Shown here: piece after piece, positions 51,590 to 64,000 of the stretch
How the letters are laid out: each line of letters starts with the position of its first letter
How positions within the stretch are numbered: position 1 is the stretch's first letter
Source of the DNA: Octopus vulgaris
Lineage: Eukaryota
NCBI GenBank assembly: GCA_951406725.2
Contig: OX597823.1
Location: 101,804,001-101,868,000 of the forward strand
Length of the DNA: 64,000 nt
Reading direction: 5' to 3'
The notes under the pieces: model-generated
Told to the model about the DNA's origin: nothing
What the model saw: the letters and a program-made list of their open reading frames with translations, nothing else
The model's database searches: none
Program-made: the position numbers and the translations under genes

Positions 51590-52887
51590 ATCAGTGGTTC
51601 GGCGTTTCTTCATCCTCCTTTTCTTTTTCTTTTTCCCGGGCTCGTGGCGTATTTGGACGTAGGTCCTCGTAAATATATGGAGAAAAATCCATTCTTAGAG
51701 GGCCTACGTCGTGGAAGAATTCGGACTTAATCCGCCCGTAATCCTTCCGGCCTATCCTGTAGATAAGGAAGTCTTTCGATGTAGTTTTCTCAACTCGTTT
51801 GGCAGTTGGGATAACTGCCAGACGGTTGACTGGTCTGTTGTTTCATGCCTTTATGGCCATCTACGTATTGTCTTTCTCTTGTTCATTTTTCTGTTTTATA
51901 TTCAATTTGGGAGGAGCGGTCTGTGTTTTTTACTTTTTCTTGGAAGTAGTCGACCATCCTTCCTCTTTGTCTTTCTCTTTACTTTCTTCTGTCGCTGGTG
52001 ATGTAACATCTTTAGGTGTTGGTGCTGGTGTTTCTTTTAGTGTTGGTACTGGCGTTGTTTCATCTGGTGTTTCTTCTTTTATTTCCTTCTCATTAGGTTG
52101 GCACTCGGCCCTGATGTGTCCCTTCAACCCGCAGTTGAAGCATCTCGGTTTTCTGCCTTCCACGTATACGATCAGCCTCTCGCCTCCGCTAACATTTATG
52201 GCTTCTGGAATTTCTTCTAAGGTTGCTACCTCCGCTTGAATTGCCATCGTCAAGCATTGCCCCTTCCAATGCTCTTCCTCTTCCACTGAGACCTGGAGAA
52301 TATTTATTTTTTCATCCAGGCCTAATGTTATTGCTTGCCACTAAACAAGTGGCATCCACTTCAGGGGGGATATTGTTTATTTTTATTTTTGATGTTCTTC
52401 TTCCCATGTATATTGGAAGAAGAACCACCTCCTCTGTTTTGAGTGTCTCCAAAGAGTACTTTTTCGCTGCTTCTTCTGTTTTAAACGTTACCTCCACTGC
52501 ACCGAACCTTTTTCCACGGTTGATGTATGTGATTTCGGGCCAAATTGGTTTCAGGCATTTTTCCACTTTATTTTCCTCTATTCTTTGAATCATTTTTTAA
52601 ACTATGCTTTAGGTCTTGTAGATGATCCTTTTCCTGTTTACTGCGTCGGTCGTTCCTTCTGTTGTAGCCACTGTAATTTCCGTTCCTTCTTTTTTCAACA
52701 TGTGCATATATTTTTCTAAATTACTCTTTTCAGTATTTAGCTTCTTTTCCTTTTTACCAGCTACCTCTGCGAATTTCTTCGGTGAGACTGCTGGTGTTTT
52801 TTCGTTTTGTTTTTTCGGTGTTACTACTGGTGAACTACTTTCTTCGCCTGACACAGGTGAGAAAGAGAAAGGTGTATGCATTTCCAT
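51590..52887 (-). pseudogene. LINE ORF1 (gag-like, zinc knuckle), disrupted
   Basis: ORF pieces 52609-52944, 52312-52593 and 51930-52286; VYVEGRKPRCFNCGLKGHIRAEC; EGWSTTSKKK. Confidence 0.85.
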
Positions 52888-52898
52888 TTTTCCGCAAG

Positions 52899-52959
52899 TT
52901 GGCTTAAAAAGCCTTTCACAAAATTGGCTTAAAAAGCCTTTCACAAAAATTGGCTTAAA
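52899..52959. repeat. ~25-bp tandem repeat (about 2.4 copies) in the LINE 5' UTR
   Basis: ttggcttaaaaagcctttcacaaaa repeated. Confidence 0.85.
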
Positions 52960-53712
52960 GAGTCACAAGATAACAATAATTCCCCCGCATGGGGGGAATT
53001 TCAACAAATAGCTTTCAAAGAAAGCAAATAACAGTTCTTTTTAAAAGCAATAACAATAATTTACAGTAACAATAACAATATTTACAGGGAAAAATTGACA
53101 CGTACCAACTCAGTCGAAACGGATGTTCGAGAAAACAGACATTACATACAGCCAAACTTCATATAGATACTTAATGCTAGCTAATTAGCAGATAATCTTA
53201 TGTAAAAGCCGTGGTAAACGGTATGTGCAAACCTCCATCTGGACTATTCCATTTCTGCACGCTAATTGTATTTTTAATTTATTCCCATTCATGTGAAACC
53301 ACTTATTCAAGTTCAAGTCATTGATGCAATTTTATACCAATTGCTATTTTTACTTTTAATTGTTATGTTACGATTTAATTTAGTTTCATTTTAATTATTA
53401 CTTACTATATATAATTCAATTGTTATTATTATCTCTAATTTTTATTGTTAAAGTGAAAGTATCTGACATAAGATAGAGAGATGTTTTTGTTTCACTTTTA
53501 ACACGTAATACTGAAATAGTGGAGAAGATATGATATTGCTATGGGCTCGCCCTAGACAAGAAGTTGAACATTTCTTTTGCCCATGAAACTACATGGACCC
53601 AAAGAAGGCATGTGTAAAATTTGAATGAAATTGGTTGTGTAGTTCTCAAGTTTTAGGGAAACACACAGACAGACACACATTCTCAGTTTTATATAGAGAT
53701 TTTATATATAGA

Positions 53713-53813
<101 letters not shown>

Positions 53814-53910
53814 ATGTATGTATGTATGTATGTATGTATGTATGTATGTATGTATGTATGTATGTATGTATGTATGTATGTATGTATGTATGTATGTATG
53901 TGTGTGTGTA

Positions 53911-53961
<51 letters not shown>

Positions 53962-53990
53962 ATATATATATATTTATATATACAGATATG

Positions 53991-55225
53991 CAGGAAGTAA
54001 ATAGTCACTTTTATTTTTCAAAATCTTTTATTTAATACGCAAAGCGAACAATTGAATGTAATGGATAGGTAGGACTACATACTTTAGTATTTAGTTGACC
54101 TTCCTTTTGCAGTTTTCAATTCAGAAACCCTTTTTGGCATTCAACTGATGAGTTTTGTGATTGTCTCTTGTGGAATTTTTGCCCGCTTTTCACGTAACAA
54201 TTGAAATAATTCATCTTTAGATTTATGTTACTGTCAAGTTTTTCGTATAGCTCTATCTAGTATGCTCCAAATATTTTCAATCGGGTTCATGTCAGGAGAT
54301 TGGCTCCGCCAAGGAAGCTTTTTGATACCATTTTCAGTTAGCCATTGTTGATTCCTTTTCGCTGTGTGACATGGAGCCCCATCTACCATGAATAAAAACT
54401 CATTTTTCGTTATGTTATCGTGTAGAAGTCCTTGCTTAAGTATTTTTATGTATTTTTCAAAGTTTATGGTTCCAACACATTCGATCAGCTCAGAACGACC
54501 ATTGCTGATGACAGCTCCCCGTACTATTACAGAGGTACCACCATCTTCCACAGTTGATTGGAGTCGTTTCAAATCAAATTCTTGATTGGGAAGCCTCCAG
54601 ACCCAAACACGTCCACTGTCTGAAAATAATGCAATTCTGGATTCATCTGAGAAAATCACTCTATTCCACAATGAACTGGATATTTCTGACATCACCTTAG
54701 ACCATTTCTTTCTTTTCATGATATCAATTGGTTTAAGGAGAGGTTTTCTTCTAGCTGCTCGTTCATAATACCCAATCTTATGCAGCTATGTAACATGTTC
54801 TTGGACTAACTTCTAGCAGTTTTGCAATGTCAGAAGCCTTCGAACAATTCTCTTTCCACAATTCTCTTCAAACAGCGAAGCTTCCTTTCCGAGGGCCAAA
54901 GTCGGCCGGGACGATAATCTGTTGATTCTTTTCCTTGGCTTTTGAATTGCACTATAATTAACAGTAGCAAGCGGAATTTGAAGATTTTCGGCAATTTTTC
55001 GCTGGCTAAGACCAGACTCAGATTGCTCAACAATACGAACTCTTTGAAAATCTGACAGTTCTGCTGAATTTTTTGTGCGTGGCATGGTTACTCTCCGCAA
55101 ATGTTTAATATAATGGCACCTGGGATGAAAAAGAATAATTACATTGTAAATTCTACACCGCTGAAAACATATTAAGACGCCTAGATCAGAAATTTTGAAA
55201 ATTAAAGGTGTCTGTTTACTTCCTG
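53991..55225 (-). mobile_element. Tc1-family (DD34E) DNA transposon, full length, decayed
   Basis: TIRs caggaagtaaatagtcacttttatttttcaaaat / attttgaaaattaaaggtgtctgtttacttcctg; TA on the right flank (TG on the left); 1235 bp. Confidence 0.92.
54084..55085 (-). pseudogene. Tc1 transposase pseudogene
   Basis: [25 protein letters not shown] (paired-like HTH); IFSDESR, VDGAPCH, SPDMNPIENIW, with 34 residues between the second D and E; ends GRSTKY*. Frameshifts present. Confidence 0.9.
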
Positions 55226-55262
55226 TATGTCTGTGTGTATGAATGTATGTATGTATGTATAC

Positions 55263-55327
<65 letters not shown>

Positions 55328-55568
55328 AAGCAAAGTAGTCAGAAAATTTCAAAACAGGTGATAGTAGTAATTATACAGTACAGACAAGTGAAGTCAATCG
55401 CCACATCAACCCTAGGCAGATCTTCCGACAACTGGATATAGGTGCAGCCTGCACATATTGCAAGCAGGGAAGCCAACCATCTGCCAGAAGACAACAGAAT
55501 CGCGAGACCGACTCGGTTTCGAGCTATTTCTGCTCATCCTCAGTCGGAAACCACTCCGAGAGTGTAGT

Positions 55569-55750
55569 GGGTGCTTTTTACTTGCCACCGGCACAAGTGC
55601 CAGGGGAGACTGGCAACAGCCACGAGCGGTTGGTGCTTTTTACGTGCCACCGGCACGGAAGCCAGTCAAGGCGGTGCTGGCATCGGCTACGTACGGATGG
55701 TGCTTTTTACGTGCCACCGGCACAGGTATCACAACTACAATTTCCATTTG
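55569..55750. repeat. Three ~60-bp units built on ggtgctttttacgtgccaccggcac
   Basis: Core visible at ~55570, ~55632 and ~55699. Confidence 0.75.
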
Positions 55751-56769
55751 ATATTTTGGTGTTGGGGGAAATTTCAAATATATCACCTTCCTTAAACTTT
55801 CTCTGTTGTGAAATCACAACTGAAATGACATCACAGAACGTTTTTCAAATTGTACAAAATATTGTTTCATGAAATAACTGAAACAAAATGGGAGGGAGGG
55901 AGGGATGGATACATAGATACATAAGCAAAAATAACTCGCATTCGAACTATGAAAGAAAAAACAAGAACATGTATCCAGACTTTATGGTGTCGTGTAACAT
56001 CGGCTGTTTTTCCGTCCTTGTTTTCGTATACATTCGATGCTTTTTTTCCAAGGAATCTAATGCTCTTAGCTTAGTTTTTCCTTGGGGCTGGCCAGATTGG
56101 AGCAATCTCAAGATTAATCAGCCGAAATTGTGAGGATGATCCAGTTCTTGACTGAAGATAAAAGGCTTCGAATGACCCGTCCTTGTTTTTTTGTATCGTC
56201 TATCTGGATGTTTTGTTGTTCTTTTTTCTATCACCTAGTTGTCCAGATATTTTGCGTTCTTGTCCCATTTTGCATTTTATTTTATATATATATATATATA
56301 TATGTGTGTGTTTTGTTTGTTCACTGGTTTGCCACAGTATAGCACTTGAGGGATGATTCCCTCATAATGCTGGATATTAAAATACCTGAAAGTGATAGAC
56401 TGCATTATGAAAGAGTCATCCCCCAGGGTGGTGTATGGCAGAAAGCAAACACATACATTAAGTGCTGTTGATAATATATGTGTGCGTGTGTGTATGTGTG
56501 TGTGGAGGTGCAATGATCCAGTGGTTAGGGCAGCGGACTTGTAGTTGGAGAATCGCGGTTTCAATTCCCAGACCGGGCATTGTGTGTGTTTATTGAGCGA
56601 AAACACATAAAGCTCCACAAGGCTCCAGCAGGGGTGGTGGCAACCCTTGTTGTACTCTTTCGCCCAACTTTCTCTCACTCTTCCTGTTTCTTGAGTAACG
56701 CTGCGATGGACTGGCGTCCCGTCCAGCTGGGGGGAATACATATGCCATAGAAACCAGAGGGCGCATTAA

Positions 56770-56801
<32 letters not shown>

Positions 56802-56907
56802 TATTAATGGTAATGGTAAGACAACAAAAGAATGAAAGAGACCTTGATATTATGTAAATAGAGAAATTTATTTGTAATATAATATGTGACAATTATTTAG
56901 TTGCCAT

Positions 56908-56968
56908 AATAAAACTCCGAGTTTTGGATGTTGGGGCAGAAACCAGCACCAGCATCTCTTCAGTTATT
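56908..56968 (-). ncRNA. Type-I hammerhead-ribozyme-like motif within a short (TA)n-associated element
   Basis: AATAA-CTGAAGA-GATGCTGG..CCAACATC-C-aAA-ACT-cgg-AGT-T-TTATT. All three stems can form; G12 has decayed to A. Confidence 0.6.
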
Positions 56969-58099
56969 GAGGCAATTAAAATATGTATATATGCGTGTTT
57001 GAATGTATATATCAGCAGCAGCATCAATTTTTTGAGACTTGCACAGGTCAGATGGGATTTGTTGAGGCAGATTTTCCTATGGTTGGGTGCCTTTTCTGTC
57101 CCCCGTTTTCAAGCAAGGTAATATTTTCTCTCAAATTTGACATGTTTTGTCAAAGAGTGGAAATGAATAACCTCACTTGTATGATGCTCATTTACTACCA
57201 TCAAGACAATAGTACCAACACACACATGCAGGCTTCTTTCAGTGTATGTCCACTAAATTCACTCACAAACCTTTGGTCGATTCAGGGCTATAGTAGAATA
57301 CACTTGCCTAAGGTGATATACAGTAGAACTGAACTCAAAACCATGTGATCGAGAAACAAACTTGTTATCCATCAATCCACACCTTTTATCTTCACAAAAG
57401 GGTTGACAGAAATCTCCATTATACTATTTATATACAGAATCTGGAGAGATTTAGTAAAATAATTAAATTTTTGTTATCATACTGATATTTAAAACACCCG
57501 AGATTTATACATAAGATTATGGTGCAATATTTGGAATATTTTAAATCTAAATGTAACCACTTTAGAACAAGAGGTTTTTGTATCTTAGAAGCAGAAACTG
57601 TCTCAAGCAGATTGCTTATCAATTAAGATCCTGCAATGGGTAACAAGCACTATTTGCTTTAAGGAAATGAGAATATTAGTAATACAATGATGGATGGCGG
57701 CACCTTGCAGTGTTAGTATTGCAAGACCATGGATCTCCACCAGGAAAGTCTTGGTTTAGTTTTACTAATAGGATAGTATCTACTGCAACTGTAAATAACC
57801 ACAAGTAACAGTTCTGGCCACTGTGACAGCATCTAATGGCACTGTCTCACAATCATGTCTTCATTGTTTTTCTCTCAATTTTGCTTTTCTTCATCATCAA
57901 ACTTCCGTTTCCACTCAGGTCTTTTTTTAAATCTTTGCCTAGTTTTAGTCTTCAGTGGGGAGCAATCACCAACAATGTTATCCAACTTGTTCCAAGAATA
58001 TTTTTAAAAAATAAGTGAAAAGATTACAAAACAGAAGAATGACAATAGAGCCATAGACTTTAATCTAACAACTTTCCTTGACTCTATAACAATTATTAA

Positions 58100-58312
58100 A
58101 GGCGGCGAGCTGGCAGAAACATTAGCACACCGGGCGAAATGCCTAGCGGTATTTCGTCTGCCTAGCGGTATTTCAAATTCCGCCAAGGTCAACTTTGCCT
58201 TTCATCCTTTCGGGGTCGATTAATTAAGTACCAGCTATACACTGGTGTCGATATAATTGACTTAATCCCCTTGTCTGTCCCACCTATATTTATCCCCCTG
58301 TGGGCAATAAAT
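58100..58312 (+). mobile_element. SINE family B with an internal rearrangement
   Basis: ggcggcgagctggcagaaacattagc.., with tgcctagcggtatttc duplicated; tail ccccctgtgggcaataaa. Confidence 0.8.
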
Positions 58313-58861
58313 AAAAAAATAAATAAATAATAAACGAAATAAAGCTAATTCTTTTTATTTGGTTTATTAAGATATACAAATAAGAAAACTTCATAAAAAT
58401 AGTAATTTTTGTATTTGTTGTCTGTCTTTAAATACATTCCTTTTCTTCCAGGATAACTTACGAAAAGTCATAAGATAAAAGAAAGCAGAAAAAGAACAAG
58501 TTAAAAACGAAAATATATATTATATATATGTTTAAATAGATAAAAGAGATTACTATGCCAAAATAGAACAAATTCTTAAAGTAACAAACAAAAATATTGA
58601 AACAAATGTTAATTCTCAGATCTGTCCATCCATACCGAATATGGCAAATGTTTATATTCCTTAAAAAATTTTTAAAAAAAAGTAATGAAATTATAAAAGC
58701 TTTTAAGACATTTTTCAAACAAAACCCATAAACCAGATAGTAGCATATTTCTTTAAATGCAGTTTTAATTTAACCTGTGAAATAATTAACAATCAACAAA
58801 AAAGTTCTAGAGTTTAACATAATGGACTATATATACATATTTATTATATATACACTTTTTT

Positions 58862-59053
58862 TTATTAAAGCAGTAAAAACATCACAACAAACTGTTACTC
58901 AGAGTTTCGCATTCCCATTTGTCGGATAGTTGTGATCAAGGCTGGAATAAAATTTATCTTACAATTTTATTCCATTCTTCATCACAAGTGTCCAATGAAC
59001 AGGAATGTGAAACTCTAAGTAAGTTTTTTTGTGATGTTTTTGCAGTTTTAATA
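58862..59053. mobile_element. Fold-back element with a degenerate hammerhead motif in each arm
   Basis: Arms ttattaaagcagtaaaaacatcacaa..ttactcagagtttcgcattccc / ggaatgtgaaactctaagtaa..tgtgatgtttttgcagttttaataa. Arm consensus: tgt-CCGAyGA-Ay..Gy-GAA-ACTC-t-GAGT-A-aca. Confidence 0.6.
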
Positions 59054-59138
59054 AGAAAGCATATTACTCTACCTTGAGTATTTGAGTACTATTTTTTCCA
59101 CATTGTTTTGCATTTATGTGCTAAGTCACACACACATT

Positions 59139-59181
<43 letters not shown>

Positions 59182-59188
<7 letters not shown>

Positions 59189-59410
59189 CAAATAAGAAAA
59201 TGGAGAAACAATTTAGTTTGTTCATCAACTTTTGGATACTAGAATGTTAAATTATTTATTCATTTAACAAAATGAGAACCTTTGAATTATAAGATATATG
59301 TATGCTATTAAGGTTCTCATTTTGATAAATGAATAAATAATCCAACATTCTAGTATCCAAAAGTTGATGAACAAACTAAACTGTTTCTCCATTTTCTTAT
59401 TTGTATTATA
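59182..59410. mobile_element. Near-perfect ~230-bp hairpin MITE beside (TA)n
   Basis: ~100-bp arms tataatacaaataagaaaatggagaaac..aaaatgagaacctt / aaggttctcatttt..gtttctccattttcttatttgtattata, with a ~25-nt spacer. Confidence 0.85.
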
Positions 59411-60129
59411 AATTAACGATAAAATATTTCTTTACCTTCACCCGTTTAATACAATAAATGAGTTAATTGCATTGCAATTAAAAACATTTATGTATTAGTA
59501 TATTGGATAAATACTATCCCTTAGTAGGTTGCACCCATAACCCCTAACTTACTTTGTGTGTATATTAGTGTGTGTATACACATTTTTTTTAAAAACCTGG
59601 ATTCAGTGATGGGGGGGGGGGGATAGTCCAAGTATATATTAAATTTGTATTACATAAAATGTGTTAAGTTCTACCAAATCACCTCGAATTACTTGTAAAT
59701 AATAAAGTGATACAATATCAAAATTACACAAAGTGGCAATTGTACATGTATGTGATGGCATGGAGATTAGTGGAATTAAGTCAACATGATGGTGGAACTG
59801 GTATTTCACAAACACTATTTCATTCAGATGGAGATGAAATAACAGATAACCTGAAAAAGTGTGAAATTCGGAATGGCATCATCGAATTGGTCACACCAAG
59901 AGGGATAGGTCTCTACAGCCAGCGATACATGTAACACATCTTTATGAGGAAGATATATCAAAATAGATACTAATAATACAATAACAACAAGTTTTAGCTA
60001 AGAACACTGCTTCCATGTCACTAAGAAATGGTAACCAAATTTTTCTCAAACCACATTAAAATTTAAAAAGGAAAACCCAAAGAATACAATATACACTATG
60101 CCGCTAAAAATTTTTAAAAAAAAAGGGAT

Positions 60130-60352
60130 CTTTACTACCCACAAGGGGCTAAACACAGAGGAGACAAACAAGGACAGACAGATTAAGTCGATTACATCAA
60201 CCCCAGTGCGTAACTGGTATTTAATTTATCGACCCCGAAAGGATGAAAGGCAAAGTTGACCTTGGCGGAATTTGAACTCAGAACGTAACGGCAGATGAAA
60301 TATCGCTAAGCATTTCGCCCGGCGGGCTAACGTTTCTGCCAGGTCGCCGCCT
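60130..60352 (-). mobile_element. SINE family B, full length
   Basis: Head ggcggcgacctggcagaaacgttagc, B box gagttcaaattcc, central cctttcatcctttcggggtcgataaa, tail gccccttgtgggtagtaaag. Confidence 0.85.
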
Positions 60353-62600
60353 TAAGATGGTTATAGCTAATATATCTTTGATTAAAACAGACCTAACTTG
60401 AAGCTAAAAGCACAATGTAACACTGGTTTATGGTATATAAAAAACAAACAAAATAGATGTAAGGGAGAAAACTCTTGCTTGTAGGTGGTATGGATACTAA
60501 AGAAGCGAAGTGAAAAATAATACAATTCTAGAGACTCCTAAAATTACAGTATGGTCTCGGCTGGAATGCCTTTAAGAAGAGGTTTTCTCAATCAATGTTG
60601 ACAAAGGACAATTACCAAGCTCATATAGTGCTAAGAGGATTGCTTTATTCTTGAGCAAAACATTCAACAAGCTAAAATCTTCACCCCATCACAGTGAGAT
60701 TCATATAGGAATGTAGAACAGGCTTCCATACTTTTACCATATTTTAATGCCGGAGAGAAAATAAATTTACTTGGCATTTGCAGCTGAGTTTTTAAGAGAA
60801 TTTAATATGACATCATCTTCATCATTGTTGTTTTAATGCCTACTTTAACCATGCTTGCATGGGTCAGATGGAATTCGTTGAGGCAGATTTCTGCAGCGGG
60901 ATGCCCTTCCTGTTGTTAACCCATACCGGTTTCCAAGCAAAGTGATATTATCCATTCGTCTGGGCAGGTTTTCATGGCAGATTGCAAATAAACAGCACTG
61001 CTGGTATGACAGCCACAGTTGTTTACAATTAGCACAATGTCAAGACAAGGGTACAAAAACACACACAACTAAATTTACTCACAAGCCTTTGTTCAGCACC
61101 ATGCTATAGCAAAAGCCATTGCCCCAGGTACCAGGCAGTGTGACTGAACCCAAAACCACTGAGTTGCAAGCCAAACTTCTTAACCACACAGCAATGCTTA
61201 CATCTGCATATAAGTTTTGGTCTTATAAAATAATGCCTGACACCCTAAACTTTTCCTTTCCTCCCAGCAAACCAATTATTTCCTTTTTAATCTGTTTATA
61301 TTCATTAAATGCTGACAGACCCCAATGAACTTCATCAGATCCTACTATATACCTAACCAAATAATATATATATATATAAAACACTTCTGTTTGTTAAATC
61401 ATATTTTTGCTAATCAGACTACTTCTGAAAATTTGGACGAAATATATTTCCATTTTAGAAAAATACACTTTAAGAAGTCAAAAATCAAAAAGAAAAACTT
61501 TCCTGTAAATTCTCCGATTATTTGCAATAAGACATCTCCTAAAAGAGATGCCCACCACCTAAAATAGTTCGATTTAATGCCAACGGTTTCAAGACATTTA
61601 AAAGAAAAATATTTGAATCATAATTCAAATATTCAAATTAATAAAGAAATATTAAATTCTGAATAATTAAAAGTAAGAATACATGGGGTGTGTATTTTAA
61701 AAAGAGGAAAGGAATAAATAGTAAAGTGTTTATGGAGAAAATAGAAAAGATTTTAAACAGTAAATGGGGGAAAATTGTCATAAAATATCTGAGATTTCAA
61801 ATTTCAAACAAGTCTGAATATTAACTTGCAGTGATGATGACAAAGATGAAACAATTTCTGGAGACGATGCCCAATCTAAGAAAGACTTCGGAAAACTATA
61901 AATTGCACAAGATCTCAAAACTATATTGTCTCAGGTTGAATAATTTAAATTCTGAATCTGTGAAAAAGAAAGAATTTTCATTTCTTTACCAAATGTGAGA
62001 CCTCCTAAAAACCTGATGCAAATTTATTGAAATATCTTTCTCCACTCAATATCAGTGGGTGTCTTTCTTTAAGACACAAAATGATGGTAGAACAATATAA
62101 ACGAAGTTAAATTTTTTAATTATTAATTTTAATATCAATAAACCTCACAGTAAGAAAAATATACATATATACAGAAGAATTAGTGAAGAATTAATATTCA
62201 AAACAATAGCTCTGTGGTAGTTATTCTAACCATTAAAAACACATTATCACCATTTCAGATCCAGTTTCCATGATGGCATGAGTTACACTTTTATTTTATT
62301 GTGTTGCATTATGATGACACTATATATATTGGTACCTGATATTGGGTAAAGTGTAACAAGGTCTTACATGTGAAAGTGAATGGTGTGTTCTTTTAATCGT
62401 AACAGAAGATATCAAATCAAATCACTTGTAACTCAAGAATATATCTATATTACACACACACACACACACACTCATATACTAGTTTTATAAATCAAAACAT
62501 TCAATTAACTAGAAATTATATGCTATTAAAAAGAATTGCAGGAAGAAAATTATAAGGCAAAAATAATTCTTTGACAAAAGAAAAGCAACCAAATATTCTC

Positions 62601-62743
62601 TTAAATAACAACTTCCTCATTGTCAATTAATGGAACATGACTGGTCTGATTCTTCTGGCGTTTCCAAATGATGAAGGCCACCAAGATGATGGTAGCAAGC
62701 AGAACAGCAGCTCCAACAGATAATCCTGTGATAAGGGCACTAT
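62601..62743 (-). CDS. Terminal coding exon of a type-I single-pass membrane protein (TM and short tail)
   Basis: Acceptor ctttgttttacag (phase 1); SALITGLSVGAAVLLATIILVAFIIW (TM), KRQK stop-transfer, NQTSHVPLIDNEEVVI*. Confidence 0.78.
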
Positions 62744-62797
62744 CTGTAAAACAAAGAAAATACATTGAGAGAGAGGGGGGAGAGAAAGGGGGAGAGG

Positions 62798-62847
<50 letters not shown>

Positions 62848-63855
62848 AGGAGGGGCATTTATGGGGACAGAAAAATGGCATTATATGAGGGAATATCAAG
62901 GCAATACAGAATTAGAATTGTATCTTGAATAAAACAAACAATAAAATTCGACACGTAAGGTTTCTTGTTTTGCAGATTTAAGCCAATGATTTGGGGACCA
63001 CAAATGTTTTTGCTCATTTACTTATCAACATTAATCAGCAAGAGATAAAAGTGATCATTATTATCATCATTTGAACATCCACTTTCCTATGCATACCTGG
63101 GTCAGACGAAATTAATTGAGGCAGATTTTCTAAAGCTGAATGCCCTACCCATCACCAACCTCAGCAATTTATTTCCCCTAGTCTTTCAAACACAAAGCAG
63201 CACAGTAACTGGACATGTTTCCATAGAAGATTGCAAAAGAGAAATGCCACTTGTATAATCTTTTATCTTTCACTTGTTTCATTCACTGGACTTCAGTAAT
63301 GATGGAACACCATCCTGAAGGGTTTAATTAACCAAATCAACCCCCTGTACTCACTTTCTAAGCCTGGTATTTATCTTATCAGTATCAAGACTCTAAGCTA
63401 TGATGACATAAACAAACCCAAACCAGCTGTCAAATGGTAGTGAGAGACAATCAAAACACAATGACACACACATACAGGAAAGACTTCTTTTAGATTCCTT
63501 CTATGAAATTCATTCACAAGGCTTTGGTCAGCCCAGGTCTGTAGCAGAAGACACTTGCTGAAGGTTCCAAGCAGTGCAGATACTGATATTTTGTTTACAA
63601 CTAGCGTGCAATGTCAAGAGCAGGTGATATGATTACTCATATAATCACAAATACACATACATACGTACATAAATACAACAAGCTTCTTTCAGTTTCCATC
63701 TATCATAATTTAGAATTCTCATGCTTATGAAAATCCTGACTTGGGCATAAAATATCCTTGACAGGTTAAACAATCATACGACACTGATGGTAATATTTGA
63801 AAATAGGACATTACATCAGTTAATAACAGAGAAATCTTCTTAATAAAATACTTGC

Positions 63856-63948
63856 TTTTCACTGTTGAACTCGCAACGTTTTCTGTCAAGAGAGGAGCAC
63901 CAGTATTCTGTATCAAATAGTCAGGATGATGCATTGATCTGGAAGATG
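63856..63948 (-). CDS. Probable penultimate exon (juxtamembrane stalk) of the same gene
   Basis: Strong acceptor ttttcatttcttctccag; 93-nt phase 1-1 exon ASSRSMHHPDYLIQNTGAPLLTENVASSTVK. The nearest frame-compatible donor is GCAAGT. Confidence 0.55.
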
Positions 63949-64000
63949 CTGGAGAAGAAATGAAAAGAGAAAATATGATCATTAAAATTTTGGTAAAAAT

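Larger units (their letters stand above)
48061..53130 (-). mobile_element. Near full-length decayed L1/Tx1-clade LINE (5' end may extend to 53233)
   Basis: 5' UTR, ORF1 with CCHC knuckle, ORF2 with APE, RT and zinc finger, 3' UTR ending gccccttgtgggtaataaaaaaa. Confidence 0.93.
47040..53699 (-). mobile_element. Second copy of the ~1-kb Helitron (47040-47596 + 53234-53699), split by a 5.6-kb LINE block
   Basis: Both halves align to 24509-25529. The junction ttttttatt|a|tccatctggactattcc is contiguous in copy 1 (~25077-25103). Confidence 0.85.

Noticed and set aside
55569-55750. CRISPR-like repeat/spacer appearance (~25-bp repeat with ~35-40-bp intervals)
   Set aside because: Eukaryotic context, no cas genes, imperfect repeats, only three units, and the intervals resemble each other; a retroposon-internal tandem repeat is more likely.
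57870-58000. Protein-like minus-strand frame WNKLDNIVGDCSPLKTKTRQRFKKRPEWKRKFDDEEKQN*
   Set aside because: No AG acceptor or start upstream and no recognisable domain.
59707-59934. 75-aa ORF in unique sequence
   Set aside because: No motif or splice support; probably UTR or intergenic.

Overview
AT-rich, microsatellite-saturated eukaryotic genomic DNA. The repeat landscape (several tRNA-headed SINE families; (TA)n, (CA)n, (GA)n, (GATA)n and (TAA)n tracts) looks like an Octopus or other coleoid cephalopod genome; this is recognition, not a database result. Host genes are sparse: one large + strand exon encoding a signal peptide/LRRNT/LRR/LRRCT/stalk/GPI-signal protein (28753-30273), an intact tRNA-Gln(CTG) gene (44234-44305, -), and the last exons of a type-I membrane protein on the - strand at the right edge. 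Most short ORFs in the track are microsatellite artefacts. Mobile DNA includes a 3.36-kb Gypsy (Mag-like) LTR element nested in an RTE LINE fragment, a near full-length decayed L1/Tx1-type LINE nested in a non-autonomous Helitron, a DD34E Tc1 element, mariner, R4/Dong and Penelope remnants, MITEs and many SINEs. Four signals stand out. (1) Six sequence-distinct short elements carry hammerhead-ribozyme-like cores with covarying stems. (2) The LTR element lacks RT/RNase H, has protease fused in frame to integrase, and its LTRs are identical in one half and ~10% divergent in the other. (3) One SINE family shares its 3' tail with the L1/Tx1 LINE. (4) That LINE is joined head-to-tail to the 5' end of a related LINE. 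All alignments and counts were done by eye.
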